DNA from: Octopus sinensis
Taxonomy: Eukaryota
Reading direction: 5' to 3'
Length of the DNA: 64,000 nt
Assembly (NCBI RefSeq): GCF_006345805.1
Contig: NC_042997.1
Span: 173,166,001 to 173,230,000, forward strand
In this document: positions 1 through 12,844 of the stretch, piece after piece
Numbering within the stretch: the first letter of the stretch is position 1
Layout: each line of letters starts with the position of its first letter
The notes under the pieces: generated by a model
The model's database searches: none
Told to the model about the DNA's origin: nothing
Seen by the model: the letters and a program-made list of their open reading frames with translations, nothing else
Made by a program: the position numbers and the translations under genes

Positions 1-496
1 TCTCTCTCTCTCTGTGTTTCACCTTGCTCTTCTTCTTTCTTATCTCCCCCACCACCGCCATCGCCCTCCACTCTCACCTCCCTCACTCTCAGTCAGAAAT
101 GATAGACCACACATAACATGTTACAGCATCTAATATCAGTTATTATTTATGAGACTTCCTTGCATGTATAGGCCAATAAGCTGACTGTCAATTTCAGATT
201 GAGCCATCATCATGTGACTGTTTTCTTGGTGACTGGACAAGGAGAAAAGAAAAGAAGAAAAAAAAGAAAAAGAAAAGAAAAAAAAAAAGCAAAAACAGGA
301 AAAGCCAATGGAGTAAATCAAATCCACTCATTGATATAAGCAAAAAAAAAAAAAAAGAAAGAAAAGAAAAGAAAAGTAGAAAAATATTTGGAGGAGAGAA
401 GGAACATTTCTATTTCTATGTAATGTTTTTAAACAGTTATATTCTAGCACATTGAGGAAAAACGTGATTTTGAGCAGGATTTTATTTCTTGAATCT

Positions 497-735
497 TCTA
501 TCTTTTACTTGTTTCAATCATTGGACTGCAGCCATGCTGGGTACTGTCATGAAGAATTTAGTGGAACAAATTGACCCCAGTACTTATTTCTAAGTCTGGT
601 AATTATTCTATCGGCTTTGTTTGCCAAACTGCCAAGTTACAAGGACAGTGATGAGGTCAGAGAAAAGGCCTCACACACATATATACACAGCTTCCAGTTT
701 CCATTTATCATACTCACAGAACATTGGTTAGCCCC
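497..735 (-). mobile_element. Degenerate SINE family A copy
   Basis: Reverse complement of the family A tail and body (tctatcttttacttgtttcaatcattggactgcagccatgctgg...). Confidence 0.75.
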
Positions 736-1130
736 GGGCATGGCTACATGGTTCAGAAGCTTGCTTTGCAACCATGTAGTTTTGGGTTCAGTCCCACAGC
801 ATGATACCTTGGGTAAGAGTTGGTTTTTTTACGATACCCCTAGGCCAAAGAATGACTTATGAGTGAATTTAATAGATGGAAACTGCATAGAATCCTATCA
901 CATATATTCATGTATTTGTATGTGTGTGTCCTTGCATCTGTCTCCACCCATCACTTGACAACTGGTACTGGTTTATATATCCCCTTAGCAGTTTATCAAA
1001 GAAACTGATGGTGTAAGCACCAGACTTAAAACATCAAGTACTGGAAGTGATTCCTTCAGCTGAAACCTCTTCAAGGTGGTGCCCTAGCACAGGCACAGCC
1101 CATTGACTGAAACGAGTAAAAGATAAAAGA
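736..1130 (+). mobile_element. Degenerate SINE family A copy
   Basis: Head gggcatggctacatggttcagaag, B-box-like gggttcagtccc, central TG/TA tract, tail gactgaaacgagtaaaagataaaaga. Confidence 0.8.
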
Positions 1131-1761
1131 TGGTTGCAGTAGGAGTGCCTTTCCTAATAGGTCAGCTCAACCAAGATTGTCTTTGATCTGAACATCAATA
1201 TAATTGATGAGAATTCATATCATAGATATGACATGAAGTTTACAGATTATAAACATTTGACTTAGCATAGCAATAGGATTAGATTACTCATTCAAGGTTC
1301 AATTCCTGACATAATGATACAATAATCTATTTAGGATACAAACATCACAGGGAAAGCTATTTTGATCCCCCGATTTTTTTTTTTGCTTGTATTAAAAAAA
1401 GGAAAAAATATTATTATTATAATTATTATTATTTAAATCACAATTTGGGGACAAAAGCATTGTTCACTGCAAATTTTCAGCAGATAATTGGTTCACTGCA
1501 TTGCTGATAGCAAGAGTAACAGGTTTGTTTTTTTCTCTCCTGTAGTTTAACTTAGTGGAACAAACAGTAAACAAGGGAATATTTTCTATTCAGAAACAGC
1601 ATTTTTCTTGAGGCAGATTTTCTACAGCTGGATGCCTTTCCTGTTGCCAACTCACAACTGTTTCCAAGTAAGGTGATACTCCCACATAGCTTAGCTGGAA
1701 ATGTTTTCATAGATAAATGATGTCAAGACAAGGAGATATGAACTCTCACTCTTGCATGTGT

Positions 1762-1800
<39 letters not shown>

Positions 1801-2150
1801 GGGCTTCTTTTAGTTTTCATCAATCAAATCCACACACAAGGTTTAGGTTGACTCAGAGTAACAGAAGAAGAAATTAGTCCAAGAAACCCTGCAGAGGAAT
1901 TGAACCTGGGACTATGTGCTTAGGAAGCAAGCTTCTTAACCACGCTAGTGAGATATATACATACATTTTATGTGTGTATGTGTGTGTGTCTGAAATTTCT
2001 CCAAGAAGCTATGCAATGGAATGAAACTAACAATCATGTGGCTGTACGGCCAACTTCTCAACTGCCCAGTTATGCATACCTGCAAATAGACAGGTGTCTA
2101 AGAATCATATCACTGAACAGTATAAACTAGAGACAACTACTGATTCTTCC

Positions 2151-2380
2151 TTAACCCTTTTGTTACCATATTTATTTTGAGATACTCTGTGTTTCTTTCC
2201 ATTAATTTTAAATGTAACAAAGAATTTAGTAAAATAATTTGATTATCATTAAGCTAGTATTAGGAAGATAAATTGTGACTAAGGTTTTGTGAAAGATTTT
2301 AATTCAAAACTTATAAAAATAAGACATTTCTACTACAGAGCCAGAGGCAGTTTCAGCCAGGTTGGTATTGAAAGGGTTAA
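2151..2380. mobile_element. piggyBac-type MITE, family G
   Basis: TTAA|CCCTTTTGTTACC ... TGGTATTGAAAGGG|TTAA: terminal inverted repeats with CCC/GGG ends and TTAA on both sides, the piggyBac signature; near-identical copies elsewhere in the window. Confidence 0.88.
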
Positions 2381-2800
2381 AAAGTCTTTTGAAGGTTGGG
2401 GGTAATTGGAACACATTTGGTACATTGGTAACCAGTCAAATATTTTTAAGGCTACACAAATGAAAACATGTTATATAAGACACAGAAATAAATGCAATCA
2501 TGTTGTATAAGTGGACTGGGTAATGACTACAGCCAGGGTACAATCCAGATTTCTTTCCGTGTTGCTGGTATTTGCCATAGCTTTAGTTAGAGGTCACCAA
2601 CTAAGTCATCATTTACATCTATTCTTGTTCTGAACAATCCTACCCTTGTTTATATCACCATCAGTCATATGGTTCCAGGTTCAATCCCACTGCATAGCAA
2701 CAAGTGCCTTGTGAGTGGACTTGGCAAACAGAAACTGAAAGAAACCTGTCACACATACATAAACATGTGTGTGTGTGTGATGTATATGTGGGTGTATATG

Positions 2801-3011
2801 TATTCTTTTATTTGTTTCAGTCATTTGACTGCGGCCATGCTGGAGCACCGCCTTTAGTCAAACAAATTGACCCCAGCACTTATTCTTTGCATGCCTAGTA
2901 CTTTGTTCTGTTGGTCTCTTATGCTGAACCGCTAAGTTATGGACACGTAAACATACCAACATCACTTGTCAAGCAATGATGGGGTGGGAGGGACAAACAC
3001 AGACACACAAG

Positions 3012-3085
<74 letters not shown>

Positions 3086-3249
3086 CGACAGGCTTCTTTC
3101 AGTTTCTGTCTACCAAATCTACTCACAAGGCTTTGGTTGACTCAAGGCTATAGTAGAAGACACTTGTCCAAGGTGCTATGCAGTGGTACTGAACCTGGAA
3201 CTATGTAGTTAGTGAGCAAGCTACTTATCACACAGTCACTCCTGCACCT
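2801..3249 (-). mobile_element. tRNA-derived SINE family A, full length
   Basis: Reverse complement of 7294-7696 along its whole length, with an expanded internal (CA)n(TA)n tract. Confidence 0.92.
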
Positions 3250-3269
3250 ATATGTACGTATATGTGTGT

Positions 3270-3530
3270 GTGCTTGTCTCCTTGCCTTCATTCCCATCAC
3301 GTGAATGTTGTAAATGAATGCCACCGTTAAGCAAACAGAGTCCATCCATCATTCCAAATCTTTCATGGAAACGTGTGGTTACAGGGAAATACTATCTTAC
3401 TTGGAAACAAGTGAGGGTTTGTGACAAGATGGGCATCTGGCAACAGAAAATCTGCCTCAACAAATTCCATGTGACCCATGCAAGTATGACGATATGATGC
3501 TAAATGATGGTGATCCTTATCATCATCATC
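3270..3530 (+). mobile_element. SINE-like family D
   Basis: cttacttggaaacaagtgagggtttgtgacaagatgggcatctggc...acccatgcaagtatg ending in a gat-type tail shared with family C. Confidence 0.7.
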
Positions 3531-5040
3531 ACAGAATTTTCCATCAGTTCTTCCATACAGGCATAAACTGGATATTATCCACAAACACACACATTACAAT
3601 ACTAAACAGCTGATTACCAAACACGTCTCTCTCTTAAGAGCGGTTAATTGAGAATTACATTACAGTTTCAAAGTTTAAATAACATCCAAACCAGTAGAGA
3701 CAGGAGCCGTAAATATATACACTAAACACTCACTATTCATGGTACAATAATTCATTTAAAAAATTTTTTTTATTTTTCAAAATATCGAAAAGTATTAAAA
3801 ACTAATGGATTTGAATAATAAAGATATCGAATTTCAATTTGATAAAAAGAAATTTCACATTTTTTTTTCATTTTTTGTAATTGTTTTTTACTTAACCATT
3901 TTTTTTTTCTATTTTAATTTTCCTTGTTGCAATCACAATTAATATAAAAGAACCTTTGACTAATGCTTTCATTAGTAAATGCATTTTTAGTTTTTTAAGA
4001 AAAGGAATGAAGTTTTATCAAATTGGAGAAAACAAAGATAAAGAGAATCTTTTTTTTTTCCTTTTTTTTTTAAATCAAGACAAACATACAAATCTCTCCC
4101 ACCAAGTCCCACTCCACTTCTCATTCGAGCTAATTAGATATCGTTATCACTGAAAAATGGGATGCATTGCTATAATCGGAGCTTTAAAGTTTGTGAGGTG
4201 GGTGGGAGTTAGGAACGAAAAAGTGGGAGAAGGTAGAAATATACCTGAATGGCATTAACTGATAAAGCATTAGTTCATCAAAATATGTTTGCCCTGCTTG
4301 AAATATACAAATGAGAATATGAGAGAGAAAGAGAGAGAGAAGGGAAAAAATGATGGAAGGGAAAAAATTTACATGAATAAAATTTAGAGACTAATTCTGA
4401 AAACTGCTGCTTGCCAAGAGTTTGAGGAGTAAATCTTTGAGAGATAAAAGCAAACTGAGTCGAAAAAGCTACTTGTGACTGAGTAAACTATAAAAGCTAA
4501 AACTTTCGCCAAGATTTTGATCAATATTTTATTTAAACAGAACATTTCTCTTTTTTCCTTTTTTTTCTCTTTCTTTTTAAAAGAAACACACAGCTAAAAA
4601 GGGTTGTTAAAAAAAATTGCAACGACGACGATGAGGATGGAGGAGGAGGAAGAAGAGGAGGATAATAATGTGTTAACTGTACAGCACTATAAAAGTATTG
4701 AAAAATGGAAAAATCTTTTGATTGATACGATTAGCACAGCTATGTTAAAACGAAGTTAAAACATAGAAAATAAACTTTATATGTTAACAAATAAATTAAA
4801 TGTTGTTTACGGTTTTTTTTATTCTCATTTTTTTTTTCCTTAAATATTTTCTTTACATTTATTGCATTTTTATTTTACTATAAAGGTTTTGCATCATTGA
4901 AGGATTTTAAATCTACTTTAGCAGACAAAACTGTCAACAGAAGATTATCTTGCAAAACAGAAAACAGATTTGGTGTGTTTTTGTTTACTTTTTTTAAAAA
5001 TATTACTTCTTTTATATATCTTTTCTTTCTTTTTCTGTAG

Positions 5041-5043
5041 ATG
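5041..5043 (+). CDS. Candidate 3-nt microexon (ATG)
   Basis: ~70-nt AG-free T-rich tract ending ttttctttctttttctgtag, then ATG, then donor gtaaga. Splice-site pattern only. Confidence 0.4.
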
Positions 5044-5798
5044 GTAAGAATTCCATGCATCACTATAAGGTTTTTAAATTCTTTCTTTGAAAGTTATATA
5101 TTGTATGAAATGCAATTGTTAAATATTTATTGTTTTTATATATTTTCATCCTATTTCTCTTACCTGCTTGTTGTAAATTACAGAAAATTAAGTTGAAATC
5201 TTTGAAGTAGTACAACTAACTTAAAAAAAAAAAACATCATGTGTGCACTTATGCTACATCTAATGAGTTTCTATTTAAACTTTTGAATTCAACAAAAACC
5301 TGAAGGCAAACAAGTAAAATATCATTAATCTTATGCTTTCTTTGTTGAAGTTCTAAATTAGTAATTAACAAATTGTTATTGTAATGTTGGTGGTGGGGGG
5401 CAGGGTTGGATTAAATAGAAAAATTATATAAAATTTAGAAACTGGTCTGGCTTTTAAGAGATCACCCATCCAAACTATCAATTTTTATTCATTTAAAACA
5501 GCATTCCAGTCTGATGAACATAACTACCTGTTTGCTGAATTATGGTGAAAATAGTTACATACCCTGAAGACACGAGTACATATAAAAATGCAATGCTAAA
5601 GCAAAATCAAAGCTGGTGACCCTTTGACTAAATAAATGCCAAAATGCATTGGATGGACTTCGACATAGGCTCTGTCTAATCACATTCACAAAGTTTGGTT
5701 TAATTTGAAGGCTATATCAGTCATGAGCAAACTGTGGTTTGTGGAGCTTTCTGAATGGCACACCTAACAAAAAATGCCATCTTTTTAGTAGTGCAGAC

Positions 5799-6105
5799 TG
5801 TTTGTTGTTTCCTTCTCGAGCCATGCCTGGCTCATAAAGGCCGGTTTCCACGTTTCCTTGGCATATAGGTTCCTCACCCGGACAGGATGCCGGTCTGTCG
5901 CAGGTGAGATGCAAAATGCAGAAGGAAAGAGTGAGAGAAAGTTGTGGCGAAAGAGTCAGCAGAAGTTCGCCATTACATTCTGCCGGAGCCCCGTAGAGCT
6001 TAGGTGTTTTGCTCATAAACGCACACACCGCCCGGTCTGAGATTCGAACTCATGATCCCTCGACCGCAAGTTCGCTACTCTAAACACTAGGCCATGTGCC
6101 TCCAC
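5799..6105 (-). mobile_element. tRNA-derived SINE family E, V-SINE-like
   Basis: Minus strand has A box tggcctagtgtt and B box gagttcgaatctc; body ctgcgacagaccggcatcctgtccggg...gaaaccggcctttatgagcc resembles the V-SINE domain as I recall it (inference). Confidence 0.75.
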
Positions 6106-7035
6106 ATGCAGACTGCCAGATGATGAGCCATGTCTCATGCAACCTGCTTCTCAACAATGCCTGCCCATGGATAAGCAATAAACCCAGGATCTCAAATGTG
6201 AAAGACTAATTTCTTTACCATCATTCTGCTATGCCTGTGCCATAATACAAACAGCAGACCACTACACAATAACACATAAGCCCTTTTATAATTCTTTATA
6301 GGTTTTGAATTCAAATAGCACCAGGGATGGACTCTGCTTGTTCATTCTATCAAGCTCAATAGAATTATGCACCCGTCAAGTTCTAGTATTGATTAAATTG
6401 ACTAAACACTTCTCAGACTTGGTTTGTTTTACAGCCTTGTGGCAATGCTAGAATTCATTAGTCAGTCTGTGGCTAATTGGCTGATTTATAGATGTGTCTC
6501 AATGCTACGAGTCATTACAATTCATTATTATAATCATTATTATCAGTATTATTATAAACAGCATCATTAGTAACATTATCATAGTCGGGTTTTTTTCATT
6601 AAACTTGGTGGATGGTGGGAACAGAAAAATGCCAAAACAATATGTGTTATTTAATTAAGTCCCTGGGTATTCTGGGTCTAAACCATTTGCGGGATTGTGT
6701 AGTCAAACATAATAATAATAATAATAATAATTATTATTATTATTATTATCATTATTAACATCATAATTATAGCATAGTTAGCACTGTCCTTTCATATTTT
6801 GTTTTAGCAATCCAGAATTTAAAACTTTCATTTCTGCTTCTTAAATAGCAATCATCACCATCATCACTGCTAAATCGTTGAAGATTGGATCCCAGAATTT
6901 ATTCGTCACGTACTTCATTCCTGGCAATATTACCTTTTCATTCTTCTCTAGCTTATTTTCATCATAAACAGGACATGTTGAATAAAAAAATATATAAAGC
7001 ATTGAGAGGTATTAATTACTAACAGTGAAGTCAAT

Positions 7036-7255
7036 TTAACTCTTTAGCATTCAGGTTACTGTCAAATGACTGATTCACATTGTTTTGAATTTATCATGTA
7101 TTATCTTGTAGCTCCCAGATTTTGATCATGTGATTGTTTATTTTTAGAACAGCTTTGTAAGGTTGGTTAAAGAGGCTGGATGCGGCCTGTTTAAATGTAA
7201 AACAGGTAGAATATTTGTGCTGGATAAGGTCACAGTTTAAATGCAGAAGGGTTAT
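7036..7255. mobile_element. piggyBac-type MITE, family F (degenerate)
   Basis: TTAA-ctctttagcattcag ... tttaaatgcagaagggtta; alignable with 18299-18525 and 52663-52903. Confidence 0.75.
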
Positions 7256-7293
7256 TTACTAACATCTGTAAATATCCAGATTTGAATTTAAAT

Positions 7294-7696
7294 AGGCGCA
7301 GGAGTGGCTGTGTGGTAAGTAGCTTGTTTACCAACCACATGGTTCTGGGTTCAGTCCCACTGCGTGGCATCTTGGGCAAGTGTCTTCTGCTATAGCCTCG
7401 GGCCGACCAATGCCTTGTGAGTGGATTTGGTAGACGGAAACTGAAAGAAGCCTGTCGTATATATGTATATATATATGTGTATGTTTGTGTGTCTGTGTTT
7501 GTACCCCTAGCATTGCTTGACAACCGATGCTGGTGTGTTTACGTCCCCGTCACTTAGCGGTTCAGCAAAAAGAGACCGATAGAATAAGTACTGGGCTTAC
7601 AAAGAATAAGTCCCGGGGTCGATTTGCCCGACTAAAGGCGGTGCTCCAGCATGGCCGCAGTCAAATGACTGAAACAAGTAAAAGAGTAAAAGAGTA
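7294..7696 (+). mobile_element. tRNA-derived SINE family A, young full-length copy (octopus OR/OK-like)
   Basis: A box tggctgtgtggta, B box gggttcagtccc, CORE-like cttgggcaagtg, internal TA/TG microsatellite, tail gaaacaagtaaaagagtaaaagagta; many CpGs retained. Confidence 0.95.
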
Positions 7697-7732
7697 TAGC
7701 TGAAATAAATTTTAATCTGTATTATAAAGGTT

Positions 7733-7898
7733 CATCGTTTAACATCCATTTTCCATGCTGGCATGGGTTGGATTGCTTGAAAGGATCTAGCAAACCACAG
7801 GACTGTGCTGAGCACCAGTGTCAGCTTTGGCATGGTTTCTATGGCTGGATGCCCTTCCAAACACCAACAGCTTTACAATTTTTTTATGCCACTGGCAC
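7733..7898 (-). mobile_element. SINE-like family C fragment
   Basis: catcgtttaacatccattttccatgctggcatgggttgg, reverse complement of the family C 3' end. Confidence 0.75.
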
Positions 7899-7918
7899 AA
7901 ATGAAGTGGCTAATTAAC

Positions 7919-7951
<33 letters not shown>

Positions 7952-8607
7952 CAAAAAAAAAAAAACTTTCACACAAAAAGTTCTCTGTGAACTAATTACT
8001 AATTTAGTTGATAATTTTCAAATGTCTTTGGGAAACACTGGAACATCATGCAATCTCTGTTCTTGTAGATGAAACTGGATGTTACTAATATCTACACTAA
8101 AAAATATGTTATCACATTCTTGTTCTCATTATTGTTAGCAATAGTACATGCTAAAAATGTGTTGTTGACAGCAAAACATTTTAAGAGTTCTTCCATTTAT
8201 AATGGCTTCTGCTTGGATTTTACATTTTAAAGATGTAAAAAGCAAAAAAAATTTGCTTTATAGTAGAAAACCAGATTAAGCATTAATCGCATGTTTCAAT
8301 GGTTCATTATTAGTAAAGACCATTAAGCAGATCTTTGTAGATTGTCAAAGAGAATTCTTCTTATTCCATTGCATTATAAGTTAATGTAAAAAAAGAATTG
8401 GCTCATATAGGAAGATTTGGTTAGTAAGTTTTGCTTAGTAAGAAGAAATGGAACTAATACGAAACCTTTTAATCAGACAAGAGTCCATTTATCTTACATG
8501 TTCTTTCTTTTTGTAATCAATAACAGACATCCATTTTCTTTTACTTTGTGCGTGTGCGTCTAATATATAGACAGATAGATGCACACATACATATCATCTC
8601 ATATCAT

Positions 8608-8790
8608 ATCATTTAACATCCACCTTCCATGCTGTCAAGGGTGGGCTGGTTTGACAAGAGCTGGTGAGCTAGGGGACAGCACCAAGCCCTACTGTCTGCT
8701 TGAGCATAATTTCTTTGGCTGAATGTCCCTTCTAATGCCAACTACTTTACAGATTGTACTGGGGGCCTTTTACTTGGCATGGGCATTATA
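8608..8790 (-). mobile_element. SINE-like family C fragment (degenerate)
   Basis: catttaacatccaccttccatgctg...ggctgaatgtcccttctaatgccaac. Confidence 0.65.
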
Positions 8791-9063
8791 TATCAAGACT
8801 GTGTGGCGAAGAGAGAAACTGTGCATTAGTCTGATGATTGGACTAAATCTGCCATCTACTTTAAAACCCACCACTAGGTACTTGGTTGCTTTTAACGAAG
8901 TCCCATTTTGCTGTGAGCATTTTAAGCCATGTGGTCTTTGGTTGGAGAAACGAAAAATAACTAATACGTGCACACTGTTAGGTAGGTAAGAGTGTTTCCC
9001 AGTGTTAGCCAGGCATAGTGAGACAAAATGAAGTACAATAAGACAGTCACTTGTATCTGTACA

Positions 9064-9480
9064 TATTTCTTTACTGCCCACAAGGGGCTACACACAGAGG
9101 GGACAAACAAGGACAGACAAACAGATTAAGTCAATTACATCGACCCCAGTGCGTAACTGATACTTAATTTATCGACCCTGAAAGGATGAAAGGCAAAGTC
9201 GACTTTGTTGGAATTTGAGCTCAGAATGTAGCGGCTGACAAAATACCTATTTCTTTACTACCCACAAGGGGCTAAACACAGAGGGGACAAACAAGGACAG
9301 ACAAATGGATTAAGTCAATTACATCGACCCCAGTGCGTAACTGGTACTTAATTTATCGACCCCGAAAGGATGAAAGGCAAAATTGACCTCGGCGGAATTT
9401 GAACTCAGAATGCAGCGGTGGATGAAATACTACAAAGCATTTCACCCAGTGTGCTAACATTTCTGCCAGCTCGCCGCCTT
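9064..9480 (-). mobile_element. SINE family B with tandemly duplicated 3' half
   Basis: Head (rc) aaggcggcgagctggcagaa, central gtcgactttgcctttcatcctttcggggtcgataaattaagtacc resembling the conserved Deu/Nin-type SINE domain as I recall it; ~180-bp 3' unit present twice; imperfect flanking repeat tgtatct(g/a)taca. Confidence 0.9.
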
Positions 9481-10539
9481 ACCTGTATCTATACAGCAGT
9501 GAGATTTATACAATGAAAGTAGAGTTGTGGGTCTAAACAAGCAGAGGTGGTAACAGCAGTATTTGAACTCCTGACTGCATGTTCAATAATGATTCAGTAT
9601 CCTAAACTGCCGAGCAATTGTACCTCAAATTCATATGGGACAAATAAAATGGAAAAGGAAATAAATCAATAAATAAGATGTCAAAGACGTGTGACTATTT
9701 GTTGCTCTGCCAGAGGAGGGGAATAAGATAGAGATAAAGACAGCAGACAACAAGTAGCAAATGCCAATAACAAGTCAACTAGAGAGAGAGGGGAGATACA
9801 GAGAGAGAGAGAAGAGGGGTGAGATAGAGAGACAACATTACACAGAAACACACTTGAAAAAGATGCATGTTGACATGTCTGACCTATGCAAAAATGGTAA
9901 TATTGATACTAAACGATGTTTTGCTGTGTGTTTCACCAAATATTACATTAAGACAACATTGAAATTGAACTGGAAATTATTCAAATAGTCGAAAGAAGAT
10001 AATAAAAAATAAGCAAAAATCACACACAAGAAAAATGATAATAAGCAGTAAATAAAAATCAAAGCAATTTTATCATTACTAATTCTAGCAAAACAGCAAC
10101 AAAAAAAAACGAAATAAAATAAAATAAAGAGAAAGAGAGTGAGAAAGAGAGATTCAGAGAGAGAGAGAGAGAGAGAGATTGCAAGAAACAGCTATTTTCT
10201 ATTCAAAAGATACCAACTGAACAAACAATCAATATATATAATAGATGCTAAGAGAAGAATGTTTTTGCTAAATTACATTTATTACCATCTCATTTCTGTC
10301 AATGAACATGATTAGGGGGGGAAAAAAACAAATGACAGAACATTTCTAAGATTTCCGCAGCAAAGAAAATAGTAAATTGGATTTTATTTTTATATTAAAA
10401 AATTACATGTGTGTGTGTGTGTTTAAGGGTGGTGGGGTGTTGAAGGAGAACTTAGAAATCTATTTCACCCAGACTAGAACTTGACCAGCTATTTAGATTT
10501 CTGTGACACAGTGCCTGGTTTTATATACATGTATCTTTG

Positions 10540-10915
10540 TCATCATCATGGTTTCAATGTCCACTTTTCTGTGCTTGTATGGATGGATGGCTGGAGTTTA
10601 TTGAGATTGAAGCAGATTTTCCTGTGGCTGCATGCCCTTCTGGTCACCAAATTTCACCTGTTTCCAAACGTTTTCACAGAATATTGGAAATATATGACGA
10701 CGTTTATTTATGACTGTCACATAATGCCGAGACAAAGAGACACAAATGCATACACACATATATAAACATACACATATATGGCAGGCATCTTTTTGTTTTT
10801 ATCTACCAAATCCATTGACAAGGTTTTGGTTGGCCTAAGGCTATAGAAGAAGACAATTACACAAGGTACCACACAGTGGGGACTGAACATGAGACCTTGT
10901 GGTTGGGAAACAAAC
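10540..10915 (-). mobile_element. Family D fragment joined to a family A head
   Basis: catcatcatggtttcaatgtccac...cacctgtttccaa followed by atctaccaaatccattgacaaggttttgg. Confidence 0.65.
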
Positions 10916-11574
10916 AGCACTATGTAATGCATACATGTATGTCTGTGTGTCTATATGTTAATACACCATGCCATCAATATGTACCACTTAAGTGAAAGAC
11001 AACGACATGGTTTTCTTCCTCCAGTGAACAAATGCTCAAATTTCAGCAGATGAGTGGGGATAGTTAGAATTTAAAAAAAAACCACCTTGCTTGTAAAAGA
11101 AGGACCAGTAATGGAAAGAGCATACAGCCCTGTCTGTCTCAATAAAATTTCATCTAATCCATGTCAGTATGGACAAATGTAAAGATGATTACAATTGTAT
11201 TTATTTTGGATTTTGAGAATTGATACATCATATGATATCAAAGGGTTGATGCCAAGATGGGCATCTGGTCATAAAAATTTCTTTAAAAACACCCTTTTAA
11301 TGTATGACATATTATTGATATGATGAGGATGATTCAGGTCATTTATCATAACTGAGTGCATTTTACTATGCCACTAGCATAGGGAGTCTGTGTCATACAC
11401 TAAGTCTAATGATTATCCACTGTCTTGTATTGGTTCTCATTTCAAGGTGTTGCCCTATTAGGTGGGTAACCAAGAGGTATTGCTTACAAAGCCCATGTCT
11501 CAATCATACATTTTATATTGAGAGGTTCTCTACTGATTGATGCTATGTCAGCTTACTTCTGTCTTGTTTTCTTT

Positions 11575-12080
11575 CTGTCTCTGCTGTGTGGTTAAGAGGC
11601 TTGCTTTGTAATCACATGGCTTCAGATTCAGTCCCAATATGTGGTATGGTGGGCAAGTTTGTCTTACAATTGGCTCAGGACAACCTTGTGCCTGAGGAAG
11701 GATTTGGTAGGCAGAAACTACATGGAAGCCTGTTGTATATTTTTGTGTGTGAGCATGTTTATGTGGGTGCATGGATGCTTGAGTATTTTCGTATTTGTGG
11801 CCCCACACCATTTGAAAAGCATTTTATTTCATCTTTTATTTCATCTAGTTTCAGCTCACGAGCTGTGGCCATGCTGGGGCACCGCCATTATTTATGTTTC
11901 CATAACTTAGCAGTTCAGTAAAAAGAGCCAATATAATAAGTACTAGACTAAAAAATACTGAGAGTAAAAAACATTTTTTTAAATAAAAAACCTACTGATT
12001 TGTTCAACTAAACACTTCAAGGTGGTGCCACAGCATGGCCACAGTCCAACGACTAGAAACAAGCAGAGGATAAAAGATAT
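11575..12080 (+). mobile_element. Degenerate SINE family A
   Basis: ctgtgtggttaagaggcttgc head through cagcatggccacagtccaacgactagaaacaag tail, interrupted internally. Confidence 0.7.
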
Positions 12081-12844
12081 TCTCAGCTATGGTTGTTTCA
12101 TTTTTGAAAAATGTGGAGTGAGTGGGGAAGGGAGACGCACAAGCTCATTTAGATTTCAATTTCTGCAAACTGGAATAAGCATTAAATCGGAGTTAATTGA
12201 CAAACAACTACAAGCATAACACTTTTTCACTTTATCATCAATTAAAACAACCAATCGACTGGCTGGTAGGAACGTTAATGGACAAGATAGGTAAGTAAGC
12301 GACGACAATCAATATTTGCAGTATTAAGTCGCCTGGAACAAATCAAACATATACATAATGCCATAACAGTCAGTGAAATTTGAACAGAACTTCAATAAGA
12401 TGCAAAAGAGACCATAGAGAACAATAGATTTGTGTGTGAACTATCCAATAAGTTTGATAAATAAGTTGCCTGAAATATCTAATTGATAGTTAGAGAACAA
12501 GGATATTAAATGGAGAGATGATAAATTATCATTAAATAAACCTACAATGATGGAATCTCTGTGTGGTTACTAGAACTGCAAGAAATAGCAGCTATGTCAT
12601 ATGCACCCTAACATATATGATATTGTGGTCTTGTTAAATTATCTGTGTTGGGGTGGAGCAAGTTGGTTTTGACTGGTTCACCTTGTATTAAAGATATTCC
12701 TAATCAAGGTTGACTCAATCAGTACTAAACAATAAACATACATGTAAATTGCAGTCCAATGAGAGATCCTTTATACGATCACCTGAGCTGCTAAAAATAA
12801 ACAACAAAAATCCATCCTGTCATTTCAAAGAAGAAAAAAACAGT

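Noticed and set aside
4138-4197. 60-nt + strand exon candidate with gtgggt donor
   Set aside because: Branch-like motif lies too close to the AG, the acceptor is ambiguous and the peptide is unconvincing.
5164-5166. Minus-strand 3-nt CAG microexon
   Set aside because: Good donor but weak AAG acceptor; kept as an example of chance-level matches.
5511-5560. ctgatga...gaaa hammerhead-like spacing
   Set aside because: Stems I and III do not form and there is no PLE context.
6040-6105. Possible tRNA gene
   Set aside because: tRNA-like head of a SINE; no acceptor stem or terminator, and it continues into the SINE body.
9483-9488. Minus-strand 6-nt microexon with TGC motif
   Set aside because: The donor is created by the junction with a SINE head, so it is probably fortuitous.
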